27,281 bases of DNA, from positions 1-27,281 of IMG/VR virus record IMGVR_UViG_3300037243_000006; one strand, 5' to 3'. This document shows positions 7,915-16,890 of this stretch, in pieces. A model generated the notes under the pieces. That model saw only the letters and a list, made by a program, of their open reading frames with translations, searched no databases and was not told the origin of the DNA. This DNA comes from a virus. Its lineage: Duplodnaviria > Caudoviricetes. Every line of letters starts with the position of its first letter. Position 1 is the stretch's first letter. The translations under genes and the position numbers were made by a program.

Positions 7915-9605
7915 TAGAACGCTCCATCACTTTGGTTCACAACATTTTCAAGTGCCCCGCCCACCCCGTTAGCGACCCCGTGCGCGTCGGTGGCCTGTGT
8001 CTCCACGGTCAGCTTTTCAATGTTGATGTGCTTGGAGTTATCCGAGTGGCGGCTAGAGGACATGATGCTGTTTCGTGTGGCCGGGGAGATGGCCGTACCG
8101 GCACTCGGCGCGGACACTCGTGTGGCCGGGGAGATGGCCGTACCGGCACTCGGCGCGGACACACCGTGTGCTCCGGCGTGCGGAGTCTGGAACAGCCCGC
8201 CAACTCCAGCGTAGGCGGGCTGTGGGCTTCCAGTGTGTGATACCGTGGAATTGACCGTGGCGGAGAGCGTGCCGCCGAGAATTTTGTTGAACGCCGACAC
8301 TACCGTAGAAACCACCTTACCTACCGCAGCCAGCTTGTCTTCTATCCAGTTAAGCGCCGCAGCGGCGGCATTCTTGATCAATCCCCACGCGGCCTCGAAA
8401 ACGTGAAACTTCGCACCAAGCGCCACGATGATACCGATCACCGCCGCTATTCCGGCAATGATCCACGCGATAGGCCCGAGCCCCATGATCCATGCCGCAG
8501 CCATCTGAATGCCGGCCCATGTTGCGGCTGCTCCGGTAGCGATCCACCCACCAACCACAACGGCGGCACTCGCCACAGCCTGCGCAGCGTGCGCGATCCA
8601 GCCAAAGATCATCTTTCCAGCAGCGGCAGCGGACTTGGCGGCTGCGCTTTCCGCATGTGTCTCCACGCCAAAGAACGCCAGAATGATTTGCACGCTATGC
8701 GCCATGGCCATGGTGGAGTGCGCCGCCCACGCAGCGATGGACAGGACTGAACTGTGGATGGTGGCGACAGCCATGAACCCGGCCATGGCGGCGATGCCTA
8801 TCAGCACGTCCTTGACTACCTGCCCGTGATCCACGGCCCAATCACTGAAATTCAGGAGCGCATCACCTAGCTTCTGCATGGCAGGAAGCACCCATTGGGC
8901 AATCGTCTCCGTCACCTTGTCCATGGAGAATTTAAGATTCTTCATCATCTCCTCGGTGGCCGCTGACCGTGCCAGGTCAGCGTCCGAAGCGACGTACTTC
9001 TTGTTCTCATCGATCAGTTCGTGCATCTTCTCCTTGCCCTGGATAAGAAGACGAACCTGCGCGTCACTCATGCCTAGCCTGGAAAGCGCGGCCTTGGCCC
9101 GGAAGAAGTCCATTCCCTGCATTTTCTCGGAAAGGATGTCCATGGCTTCAACGGGCCCCTTGCCCTTGAACAGCTTCTCTCCAAGAGCTTCGGCGGACTT
9201 GCCCACGCCGCCCATAACGATCCCGAGCGCGGTAGCCGCCATCTTCGCACGCGGCAAGGCGGTGCCAATTGCGGCTAGCTTGGTTCCGAGCTGCTCCACC
9301 GCCTGCATGGTGCCCTCCATGGAGCCGCCCTCTTTCTCAGAGGCCATGCCGAGAGCTTCGATCTCCTGAGACGTCGTGTGCGTCTCCTTGGCGAGGCGAC
9401 CAAGGGCAACTTGCGATTGGATCATGTGTTCCGTGAACGCCGCGAGCGCGCCCACACTGGCCATAACGCCGAAAAATTCCAGCGCGTGCTCCTTCAGCCC
9501 CTCGAAAAACTCCTTGCCCTTTTCTGCCTGCTTTTCCATGCCCTGCTCGAACTTGGTTGCATCAAGTCCGAGCGAGACAAGGAGTTCTTCGAGTTGACTG
9601 GCCAT
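7914..9605 (-). CDS. Tape measure protein
   Basis: Starts with EELLVSLGLD. Ala-rich helical sequence with a long hydrophobic middle region. Follows the chaperone pair. Confidence 0.85.
   Translation of the reverse strand: MASQLEELLVSLGLDATKFEQGMEKQAEKGKEFFEGLKEHALEFFGVMASVGALAAFTEHMIQSQVALGRLAKETHTTSQEIEALGMASEKEGGSMEGTMQAVEQLGTKLAAIGTALPRAKMAATALGIVMGGVGKSAEALGEKLFKGKGPVEAMDILSEKMQGMDFFRAKAALSRLGMSDAQVRLLIQGKEKMHELIDENKKYVASDADLARSAATEEMMKNLKFSMDKVTETIAQWVLPAMQKLGDALLNFSDWAVDHGQVVKDVLIGIAAMAGFMAVATIHSSVLSIAAWAAHSTMAMAHSVQIILAFFGVETHAESAAAKSAAAAGKMIFGWIAHAAQAVASAAVVVGGWIATGAAATWAGIQMAAAWIMGLGPIAWIIAGIAAVIGIIVALGAKFHVFEAAWGLIKNAAAAALNWIEDKLAAVGKVVSTVVSAFNKILGGTLSATVNSTVSHTGSPQPAYAGVGGLFQTPHAGAHGVSAPSAGTAISPATRVSAPSAGTAISPATRNSIMSSSRHSDNSKHINIEKLTVETQATDAHGVANGVGGALENVVNQSDGAF
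8073..8162. repeat. Perfect 45-bp tandem duplication in the tape measure gene
   Basis: TCGTGTGGCCGGGGAGATGGCCGTACCGGCACTCGGCGCGGACAC occurs at 8073-8117 and 8118-8162, encoding VSAPSAGTAISPATR twice. Confidence 0.97.
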
Positions 9606-9606
9606 G

Positions 9607-9828
9607 TTAATCCGCCTTCACCATCAAGTTCTGGTTGTAGTTGTTCACCGAAATTACTTCGTAAAGATTGTACATATCTTCGGTGCCGTAGACGGTCTGT
9701 AGTTCGTGGAACGTGGCGTACTTGCTGCTGATTACCACGCCGGATATCGCGCTGACGTTTTCGTAATCTACGAACTTGTACTTGGGGCTGCTCTGGAAGC
9801 CCAAGTCCGGATTTTTTCGGCCAGCGAA
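9607..9828 (-). CDS. Tail assembly chaperone, frameshift-extended part (gpT-like)
   Basis: The -1 frame is open from the slippery site: FAGRKNPDLGFQSSPKYKFVDYENV...ATFHELQTVYGTEDMYNLYEVI. It overlaps the end of the upstream chaperone and has no convincing start of its own. Confidence 0.75.
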   Translation of the reverse strand, partial: FAGRKNPDLGFQSSPKYKFVDYENVSAISGVVISSKYATFHELQTVYGTEDMYNLYEVISVNNYNQNLMVKAD

Positions 9829-10205
9829 AAACCCATGTGCAACTTCAGCACCTCCTTGCGCAGAAAAATGACCGTGTCGATTTCCTCAAGGTCGAAGTCG
9901 TTCAAGGAGCGAGTCAGCAACGGCTCCTTGATCTGTACGCACTTCATCATCTCGTCCAGTAGCGGTTCCACAGCATCCCAGTTCGCGCCGGAAAGCATCC
10001 CAACGCCCATAGCGGCGAGAGTAGCCATGCTCGCGCCGGCCGCGCTCTGGGGCATGGCGATCTTGCCGTTGCCGACGATAGCGAGAACGGCGCGGTACGC
10101 CCACTTCTCAGCGGGAATAGCAGCCATCTCGGTGATGTGAAAAACCTTGCCCTTGTCGCGTCCTTCGGTGTCGATGGTGATGTCGATCTCTTTTCGGCTC
10201 CCCAT
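9768..10205 (-). CDS. Tail assembly chaperone (gpG-like)
   Basis: Motifs GRDKGKVFHITEMAA..AEKWA.RA and PLLDEMM.CVQ. Lies between tube and tape measure. ATG 10205 is just after the tube stop. Confidence 0.8.
   Translation of the reverse strand: MGSRKEIDITIDTEGRDKGKVFHITEMAAIPAEKWAYRAVLAIVGNGKIAMPQSAAGASMATLAAMGVGMLSGANWDAVEPLLDEMMKCVQIKEPLLTRSLNDFDLEEIDTVIFLRKEVLKLHMGFSLAEKIRTWASRAAPSTSS
9828..9834 (-). other. Putative -1 programmed ribosomal frameshift heptamer G GGT TTT
   Basis: The minus strand reads ATG GGT TTT TCG in the chaperone frame, fitting X XXY YYZ. A -1 slip enters the 9607 ORF frame with no intervening stop. Confidence 0.8.
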
Positions 10206-10207
10206 GG

Positions 10208-10639
10208 CTACATGTTCGCTTTCTGGACGCTCTCGAAGCTGATCTCGAATTCCTGCGATTCGAGCATCTTCTTGGCATCCGGAATGGGCTTGTAGTTGAC
10301 GAGCCCGCCGTTGGTGCAGTTGTACTTGGCCCCGTTGCCCGGCATGGTGATCACCATGCCTCCGGCGATGGCATCCTGGTTCTGCACCTGGGCGTAGTAC
10401 CACTGGTCGAAGTAGGCGATGGAGTAGGAGTCCGCCGCGAACTTGAACTTGATCTTGACCGGGTGCGGAAGCCAGCCGAGACTCTGGTGGCCGTCCACGC
10501 CCATGACGACTTCGGTAGCGGCAACGGAGTCGGAAGTGAACATATCGTCAGCGGCCCACTGCCCAAGCGCCACGCCGGAAGAAAGCACGCCGGGCACCGT
10601 GAGAATGATGGTCGCATTTGCGGAAGTGATCGTGCCCAT
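10208..10639 (-). CDS. Tail tube protein
   Basis: Motifs TITSANA...GQWAADD.F...MGVDG...ADS.S...FD.W. 143 aa, directly after the sheath, with an AAGGAG RBS. Confidence 0.85.
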   Translation of the reverse strand: MGTITSANATIILTVPGVLSSGVALGQWAADDMFTSDSVAATEVVMGVDGHQSLGWLPHPVKIKFKFAADSYSIAYFDQWYYAQVQNQDAIAGGMVITMPGNGAKYNCTNGGLVNYKPIPDAKKMLESQEFEISFESVQKANM

Positions 10640-10649
10640 GGAGCGCTCC

Positions 10650-12401
10650 TTATTGGATATTGACCGACGCGATGGTCATCTGATTGACGGACCCGCCATC
10701 CATGTACCACAGCGTGGTTACTGGGGAGGTGCGGTTGGCGCGCATGGTGGGCGTGGCGTTCTGGACCTGGAAGTACCAGCCGCGTTGGTTGAGCGTGGGA
10801 TCGATGACGATCCCGGCAGCGGCATCCACGGCGGAGATCTGCGCTGAAGAAAGCGTAACGCCGGTATTGATCACGCCGTTCTTGAGCGCCATCTGCACGG
10901 GCGACCCGACGCCGGTAGTGACCGCGCTATCGATCATCGCGTAGCCAGCTTGGTTGTCCGGGATGGCCTGCTGGAGGAGCATGTTGTTCACTTCGGCGAG
11001 CTGTATGGCGGCATTGAGCCAGATAGCGCCGATGTACGAATCAAGCCACCCGTAGGAGCCGCTGATCCAGCCATTGGTGAAAACGTTGAACGAATAGTTT
11101 GCGGTGGCAAACGCTCCGTAGAAGCTGGTGAAGTTGGCGATGGCGTTGGCGTAGGACGTGGGGTCACTGATCGTCGCCGAGATGCCCGTGCCTTGCTTGG
11201 CCTGGATTGCCGCGCGCCCATTCTTGGCATTCCAGTTAATGCTTGCGATGAACCCGAGCGCGAAAGCCGCCGCGTCAGGACCGCCGTTTGCATTGGCGTA
11301 GACCGGAAAGCATCCTGCATAGCTGTTCGTTCTCACCCAGTAGGAAATGCACGTGGTGGACGCATTGCTGGAGGTGATCGTGGCGTCGGAATCGTACGGC
11401 GCGTAGACGAACTGCCCGCCAGTAGAGGAGTTCCACGAAGCAAACGCCATCTTGTCGGCGATGATCGGCTCGAAGGCCGTAGTGAACCCGGCCCAGTTCT
11501 GGGTATAAAGATCCAGCGCAGACATTGCAACGGCCGGAGTCATAGCTGCGGCGGTGCCGAGTGAGATGGTGCCGCCCGCTCCAAGCCCCATCGCGGCGAC
11601 GGCGGCAGAAGTTCCTCCGCAGACCGTGACCGCGCCCGCACCCGTGGTTCCGGAAGTGATGGTGAACGCGTTGAAAAGCGAGTTGTAGGTGCAGGTAGTT
11701 CCGGCAGGAGCGCCGCCAGTGATCAACTGCGCGGCGAGCACGACGCCGGCATTAGAAATGGATGTTGCGGAGGAGAGGTTTACGGTGGCGACTGACACGG
11801 CGGCGCCATTGAGCGTCATGGTCAGCGTGCCGGTGGTGATGGCTTGCAGAGATGCCAGCGTAGTGGTGGACGGAAGCGACACGCCGCGCATGAACCCGCC
11901 GAGAGCCACCTGGGAATAACGCGAGAACCAGAGCGCCGTGGGCTTGAGCGTGCCGAGCGTGTAGCCGTTGAAGTAGATCTGCGCCATGTTGTATTCCAGC
12001 GAGTTGCTGGTGATGCTCTGCGCAGTGGCCTGGGTCCACGCAGTGTTGATGGTGACGGTGCCCACGCCGGTTCCAGACGTATAGGTGCCGAGCGCGGTGA
12101 TGTACGTTCCAGGAGGGCACCCAGTAGCGAGCAAGCCCTGAATGGCTTGGCCCACTGCGAGCGTGCCGCTGGTGGTGGACACGATGGTCAGCGTACTGCC
12201 CGTGCACGTAGCGGTTCCGGACCATGCGTAGCTACCGAAGTAGGCGAGTACCTGCGTGGCGCTCGCAAAGCTGATCGGCGCGCCGACCGGGAGGTTGGGA
12301 GAGTTGGTCAAAATCATTCCGTTGAGAGCAAGCGGATTCCCGCCCGCGCTCAGTACGCTAGGAACGACGCTGACAATGTTGGAGGCAGGAATCGTGTTCA
12401 T
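10650..12401 (-). CDS. Tail sheath protein (DUF3383-like)
   Basis: Motifs IPASNIVSVVPSVLSAGG..L.LNG, QNWAGFTTAFEP and the C-terminal GWYFQV...R.SP..TLWYMDGGSV. Indicates a contractile tail. Confidence 0.92.
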   Translation of the reverse strand: MNTIPASNIVSVVPSVLSAGGNPLALNGMILTNSPNLPVGAPISFASATQVLAYFGSYAWSGTATCTGSTLTIVSTTSGTLAVGQAIQGLLATGCPPGTYITALGTYTSGTGVGTVTINTAWTQATAQSITSNSLEYNMAQIYFNGYTLGTLKPTALWFSRYSQVALGGFMRGVSLPSTTTLASLQAITTGTLTMTLNGAAVSVATVNLSSATSISNAGVVLAAQLITGGAPAGTTCTYNSLFNAFTITSGTTGAGAVTVCGGTSAAVAAMGLGAGGTISLGTAAAMTPAVAMSALDLYTQNWAGFTTAFEPIIADKMAFASWNSSTGGQFVYAPYDSDATITSSNASTTCISYWVRTNSYAGCFPVYANANGGPDAAAFALGFIASINWNAKNGRAAIQAKQGTGISATISDPTSYANAIANFTSFYGAFATANYSFNVFTNGWISGSYGWLDSYIGAIWLNAAIQLAEVNNMLLQQAIPDNQAGYAMIDSAVTTGVGSPVQMALKNGVINTGVTLSSAQISAVDAAAGIVIDPTLNQRGWYFQVQNATPTMRANRTSPVTTLWYMDGGSVNQMTIASVNIQ

Positions 12402-12411
12402 GCTGTGTCCT

Positions 12412-13035
12412 CTATAGGTGGTATGTCCTCGGCACGTTGATGATGTCTACCGTGGGAGCGGTTGTCAGGAATTGCTGTGGAGTGGCTATGGAGAAGATGA
12501 CATTGACATGCACCTTCGCCGTCCACCTTTGCTCATACTGGCTCTCCTCATTGATGATGGCTGTGTACCTGGCCTCCTCGGCGTAAAGCGGCTCGATGGT
12601 GAGATTGTTCGTGACGCCAAAAGCCTCAAAGAACGTCGTAGCTATTTCGGTTTTGAAGAGCGCGTGTACGATCGTGGCTTTGTCCGCCGACCCAGGGCCG
12701 TAGAAGTCGAGCTGAAAAGGATAGTCCATGGATTGGTTGACTGTTTCTACGGACACGTTGTCGTAAGTGATTCTGGGTAGCGCGTAGATCCTGTGAGCCA
12801 AGCGCGAGATCATCACGAAGTCATCAAGCGGCTCCGGCACACCGTTTTCATTCGAAGTAACCACTTGCGTCATAGCCAGCCCGAGCACCGACATGATGAA
12901 CGCTTGCACGGCCGCAACGACAAGCTGGTCTAGCGGAGCGTTGACCATGGCGGTGGTGGTCGTGGAGGAGTCGGGAGTTTGCCCGCCTCCAAGGGTGGTT
13001 TGCGCGAGCGCGTTGTTGTTGAGTGTGCCGCTCAT
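12412..13035 (-). CDS. Tail terminator / neck protein
   Basis: Motifs NGVPEP..DFV, QLDFYGP, PLYA and INEESQYEQRW. ATG 13035 overlaps the upstream stop. Confidence 0.75.
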   Translation of the reverse strand: MSGTLNNNALAQTTLGGGQTPDSSTTTTAMVNAPLDQLVVAAVQAFIMSVLGLAMTQVVTSNENGVPEPLDDFVMISRLAHRIYALPRITYDNVSVETVNQSMDYPFQLDFYGPGSADKATIVHALFKTEIATTFFEAFGVTNNLTIEPLYAEEARYTAIINEESQYEQRWTAKVHVNVIFSIATPQQFLTTAPTVDIINVPRTYHL

Positions 13036-13415
13036 GAGGTCGGCCCCTTCGTTTGTTTCTGCATGACGGCAGCGCACCAACCATCAGTGAACTGCTCTTT
13101 AACATGAACCACAAGCCACCACGTTCCGTCAGCCATCCCGATGATGTCCCCGCCAAGACCTTGCACACGATCAACCGAGTGCAGCGTAGTGTCTGCCCAG
13201 ATGTTGTGGAGAAGCCCGCCGACATTGAGTTCGTCCATGTGCTTGAGTTGGTAGGTGGAAAGCTCCTGCACTTGTGCGGAGACTGTCGAAACGGTGTAGA
13301 GCGGCAGGCGCGGTCCTCCCGGGGACTGTGTGAAGCCGGCGTACGTGTAGAGCGTGACCGACACGTTTGAGTTGAGCGCGCCGACCACTCCCAGTGCAAG
13401 ATCCAGAAGGCTCAT
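13032..13415 (-). CDS. Head closure / head-tail adaptor
   Basis: Motifs AQVQ.L...L.H...LN, R..G.GGD and WLVV.V.E...DGW, plus position in the neck cluster. Confidence 0.72.
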   Translation of the reverse strand: MSLLDLALGVVGALNSNVSVTLYTYAGFTQSPGGPRLPLYTVSTVSAQVQELSTYQLKHMDELNVGGLLHNIWADTTLHSVDRVQGLGGDIIGMADGTWWLVVHVKEQFTDGWCAAVMQKQTKGPTS

Positions 13416-13921
13416 AGGTCCACCCGGTAGTCCACAGATTTGAGCATGTTATGCGAGTCGATCAGTGGTTGGTCGAACCCCTTAGCGGCAATGGTCCCCG
13501 GTTTGAGCGGTTCCCCGTCGAAATTCATGATGCCGCTCTGAAGCTCCTCCTTCATTGCCAGCCCACACATCTCCAGCGCACTCTTGGCCTCGTAGTTGTA
13601 CTTCAATAGCGCTGCGGCCATGAGGTTGCCCCAGTTCTCGTTGCCCTTCTCGATCCACTCATCCCAAAAAGGACGCGGGGGAAGGTTGTTCGCGGGGTCA
13701 CCATCGTTAAGAATGCTCGCAATGTACGCGGCAGGCTGTTCGCTACCCTGCGCCCCTACACTAGGCTTTGCGCCGTCTTTCAGAGGACGCGGGCCGCTCC
13801 ACCCAGCGGCGGTGCCGGCAAGAAACCCAACCTTGACCGTGGGATCGCCCGCGACTTTGGCCAGAATGCTTGCCAGCTTCTCGTTGAGCTTGTCTAGCCC
13901 GTGCATTTCGAGGTTTTCCAT
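13412..13921 (-). CDS. Tail completion / neck protein
   Basis: Motifs VKVGFL...PPRPF...PL.P.TIA.KGFDQPLIDSHNML.SV.Y. Start at ATG 13921 next to the upstream stop. Confidence 0.72.
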   Translation of the reverse strand: MENLEMHGLDKLNEKLASILAKVAGDPTVKVGFLAGTAAGWSGPRPLKDGAKPSVGAQGSEQPAAYIASILNDGDPANNLPPRPFWDEWIEKGNENWGNLMAAALLKYNYEAKSALEMCGLAMKEELQSGIMNFDGEPLKPGTIAAKGFDQPLIDSHNMLKSVDYRVDL

Positions 13922-13922
13922 T

Positions 13923-14351
13923 TCACACTCCGTAGACGGTAGGATCGACGTAGTGCCCGCCCAGACGATAGGGCAGAGACGCTTGCCAGTAGGCCGCGCC
14001 GTACTTGGTTTGCGTGAACCAAGCCGAACTTCCGGGCGTGTGCATTTCAAGCGAGACATGCACGGAGCCGAGCCCGGCAGATGAAACGCGCCCAACCGTC
14101 TGGTTTGGCTGCTGGCCATTCACACCGCCGTTCATGGCGGCGATGTGCGCGGTAATCATCCACATGAACATGGTGAGCGTGGCCGCGTCTTTCACCAAAC
14201 CCTCGCCGTCGTTCCTGCAATACAGGCCGGCCTCCGAAAAGTAGAGGCCGAGAATTGCGGGCTGTGCGGAGTTCAAGAGAACAAACTCCGGGTATCGGGC
14301 GAGAAAATCCGCCACTACGAACGTCGCTGGGATGGTGGGAGCGCTGGCCAT
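13923..14351 (-). CDS. Head-tail connector (DUF4054-like)
   Basis: Motifs F.ARYPEF, TAHIA, VGRVSSA..GSV.VS and WFTQTKYGAAYWQA..PYR. Confidence 0.88.
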   Translation of the reverse strand: MASAPTIPATFVVADFLARYPEFVLLNSAQPAILGLYFSEAGLYCRNDGEGLVKDAATLTMFMWMITAHIAAMNGGVNGQQPNQTVGRVSSAGLGSVHVSLEMHTPGSSAWFTQTKYGAAYWQASLPYRLGGHYVDPTVYGV

Positions 14352-14353
14352 GC

Positions 14354-14767
14354 CTACACCTCTTCGTCGTCTTTGTCCGGCGCATCACGCTCGTCGCGCT
14401 TGGAAATGCCCTTGATGCCAGTTTTCTTTGGGTCGATCTGCTCGAAGCCAGTCTGCGCGGTTTCCATCTCCCTCGCGGCGGCGATGCCGTCAGCTTTCTT
14501 CGCGGCGGGAACGGCCCACACCATCCTGTTCTTCAGGGGAGGATAGTCCGGGCCGACCTTCTTCACCCACGCATCCCAGAAGTCCTTGGCCACCGGCGTA
14601 ACAGTGGAAGAGAACACAATGTACTCCTCCTTGGTGGGAATGAACTTGGGATGCGGGAGAATGTAGCGCGAGGATCGCGGCAGAGTGACCTTCTTGATGT
14701 CGTTCCCATCCTCTAAACACATGGTCAGTCCATTGGGCAGTTTGCAATAGACGCTGAGGAATTCCAT
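14354..14767 (-). CDS. Conserved protein downstream of the capsid gene
   Basis: Motifs V.CKLPNGL...V.KDFWDAW...TGFEQIDP, recalled at this position in related phages. AAGGAG RBS. Confidence 0.7.
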   Translation of the reverse strand: MEFLSVYCKLPNGLTMCLEDGNDIKKVTLPRSSRYILPHPKFIPTKEEYIVFSSTVTPVAKDFWDAWVKKVGPDYPPLKNRMVWAVPAAKKADGIAAAREMETAQTGFEQIDPKKTGIKGISKRDERDAPDKDDEEV

Positions 14768-14788
14768 TTCGTTCTCCTTAATTGTGGG

Positions 14789-15862
14789 CTACACGCCCAA
14801 CAGGGTGGCGATGCCAACGGGCAACTTGATGATCGCGCCCCAGGTTCCACCGGACTTCTTCTGGTGAGTGCTGGAGGTCTTCCGCACGATGGCGTGAGCG
14901 CGGACCTTCTCGGTAAAGGCGCAGAACCCGACCTTCTGTCCCTGGATCTTCGGCGCAATCATCTGCACCATGTTGCCGGAGACGGGGATGACGTACTGCT
15001 GGGCAGTCTTGATCACCATCTTGGGGAAGGCTTCCTTGAGGTACGCCTTCACGGACGGCGCGCCGAGCACGTAGGTCATGGGGGTGAGCATGTACGGCTG
15101 CACGGTGGAGGGCATCCCTAGGATCAGCTCGTCCTCCATTTCCAGGTTGCCCTGAGTCTGGGTCTGGAGCGTGACGAAGAGGTTCTGGATGTCGGCAAAG
15201 ATCTGCACGCCGGTAGCACTCTTCCAGACACCGGCGAGCGGAGAGATCGCGGCCGGAAGCGAAGGATCGTTGGTCAGGCCGTAGTTATCCAGGCCGGCGA
15301 CACCGAAGAAGTAGGTGCGGTTCTGGAAAGTGTTCATGATGAGCGCGGAAGCGACATTCTGCTCCGCCGCCCAGTCAAGCTTTGCCAGACCGGCCTTGGC
15401 CAGTTCCTTGTCGCCCCAGCGAGTGAAGCACTGGTAGGCGTACGACTGGCGAGGAATCCAGTTCGCATCGGCACCGACGAGCCCGTTGTCGTTATCGTCG
15501 CCATAGCTCGACACCTCACCGACACTTTCCAGCATCGGGAACTGGGCAGAATCCATGAGCCAGTCACCCTTCTTGACTTCGCCGAAGATCTCCACGGCTT
15601 TCAGAGGGGTGGTGATGACGCGGACCACTTCAGGATCGAGGTAGTTCGACAGATAGTTCGGAATGCCGGCGTTGGCGACGGTGACCATACCGGACTGGAT
15701 GAGGTTGGTGGGCGCGTCCTGTGCCATCTGCATGGCCTGATCGAGCGCCATGCCACGGTGGTCATGCACATCGACGCACGGGATCAGCGCGTGATCGCCG
15801 CTGTCCATGCCGATGCCGTAGCGCTCGGCCAGAAGGAGGGTTTCTTGAGTGAATTTTTCCAT
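14789..15862 (-). CDS. Major capsid protein (DUF2184-like)
   Basis: Motifs NAGIP..L..Y.DP.V, GEVKKGDW, GEVSSYGD, RQSY.YQ...WG..EL, YFFGVAGL.NYG..NDP and QKKSGGTWGAII. ATG 15862 with an AAGGAG RBS. Confidence 0.93.
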   Translation of the reverse strand: MEKFTQETLLLAERYGIGMDSGDHALIPCVDVHDHRGMALDQAMQMAQDAPTNLIQSGMVTVANAGIPNYLSNYLDPEVVRVITTPLKAVEIFGEVKKGDWLMDSAQFPMLESVGEVSSYGDDNDNGLVGADANWIPRQSYAYQCFTRWGDKELAKAGLAKLDWAAEQNVASALIMNTFQNRTYFFGVAGLDNYGLTNDPSLPAAISPLAGVWKSATGVQIFADIQNLFVTLQTQTQGNLEMEDELILGMPSTVQPYMLTPMTYVLGAPSVKAYLKEAFPKMVIKTAQQYVIPVSGNMVQMIAPKIQGQKVGFCAFTEKVRAHAIVRKTSSTHQKKSGGTWGAIIKLPVGIATLLGV

Positions 15863-15873
15863 GTTATCGCTCC

Positions 15874-16878
15874 TTACCACCGAGTGCCAATTTTGACGAG
15901 ATCACCGACGTTCCCGGCAGACAGGAAATACCAGGGAGTCTCGATGAACGAAGAGAACTGGAACGCCTGCGCGGTGATCGTAGCGGTGGCGTTCGACGGG
16001 CCGATCGTGTAGGTGCCCGCCGCGCCGACGCCGGTTCCGAGAGCGGCGACGTACGCACCGGACGGAAGGCCGGCAGTGGCGCAGTAGATCGACTGGCCCA
16101 CGGCGATGGTGCCAACGTAGGTTCCGGCGTTCATCGTCAGAGCGCTGGTGCCGGAGGCGATGGTGCCACTGGTAGCAGTGGCCCCGCCGATACCGACGTT
16201 GGCGATGGTGGTGAACGTTCCACCAGTAGAAGCGGTGACCGCCGCCAGGGTGAGGTTCACGGTGCCGGCGGTGCCGTTGTAAGTGCCGAAGCTCTCGATG
16301 TAGGTCGGGAACTGCCCGTTGAGACCAGGGCCGGAGATCTGCTGACCGACCGCCACGACGCCGGAGCCGGTAGCGGTGATGTTCATGCTGTACGAGCCGA
16401 CGGTGGTGGTGGCGGTTACGGCAGCGGCCGAACCCACGTTCGCGGTGATGAACGCACCAGGAGCACCAGGGTAGATGTCGCCGGAGAACAGGTTGGCGAA
16501 CACCTTCTGGTTGATGGCGGCGTCGGCGTAGACGGTCTTGCCCCAGAAGGAGCCGCGATTGTAGAACGCACCAACCTGGTATCCCGCAGGGACCACCATG
16601 CCGTTCTGTGCCAACCACGTGGTGATCAACGCCTGCTGCTCGTTGCCGATGAAGCCGTCAGGCAGGGTGGGGACGGTGGGGCTGAAGTTGTTGATGGTGC
16701 CGAGTCCGGTCGAAGCGGCAAAGTTCTGCCATGCGAACTTGCCGACGCTGACACCGAGAACACCGGCGGTGAGGTTGAACTGCCCCGCGTTCACGGTGGC
16801 GGTGGGGTCCATCGACGCGCGAGCGCCCCAGTTACCAACGGCAGGGTAGAGAGAAACAGCTTGCTGAAAACCGACCAT
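15874..16878 (-). CDS. Capsid cement/decoration protein with two inserted beta modules
   Basis: Motifs FQ..V...PA, GV.VG.FAW, PDGF...EQQALIT.WL and a terminal ETPW..SAG..G.LVKI. Lies between scaffold and capsid genes. Confidence 0.8.
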   Translation of the reverse strand: MVGFQQAVSLYPAVGNWGARASMDPTATVNAGQFNLTAGVLGVSVGKFAWQNFAASTGLGTINNFSPTVPTLPDGFIGNEQQALITTWLAQNGMVVPAGYQVGAFYNRGSFWGKTVYADAAINQKVFANLFSGDIYPGAPGAFITANVGSAAAVTATTTVGSYSMNITATGSGVVAVGQQISGPGLNGQFPTYIESFGTYNGTAGTVNLTLAAVTASTGGTFTTIANVGIGGATATSGTIASGTSALTMNAGTYVGTIAVGQSIYCATAGLPSGAYVAALGTGVGAAGTYTIGPSNATATITAQAFQFSSFIETPWYFLSAGNVGDLVKIGTRW

Positions 16879-16890
16879 GTTGCCTCCTTT

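Noticed and set aside
14775-14800. Short GGGC...GCCC hairpin at the end of the capsid gene as a terminator
   Set aside because: The stem is only about 4-5 bp, overlaps the stop codon, and has no U-tract.
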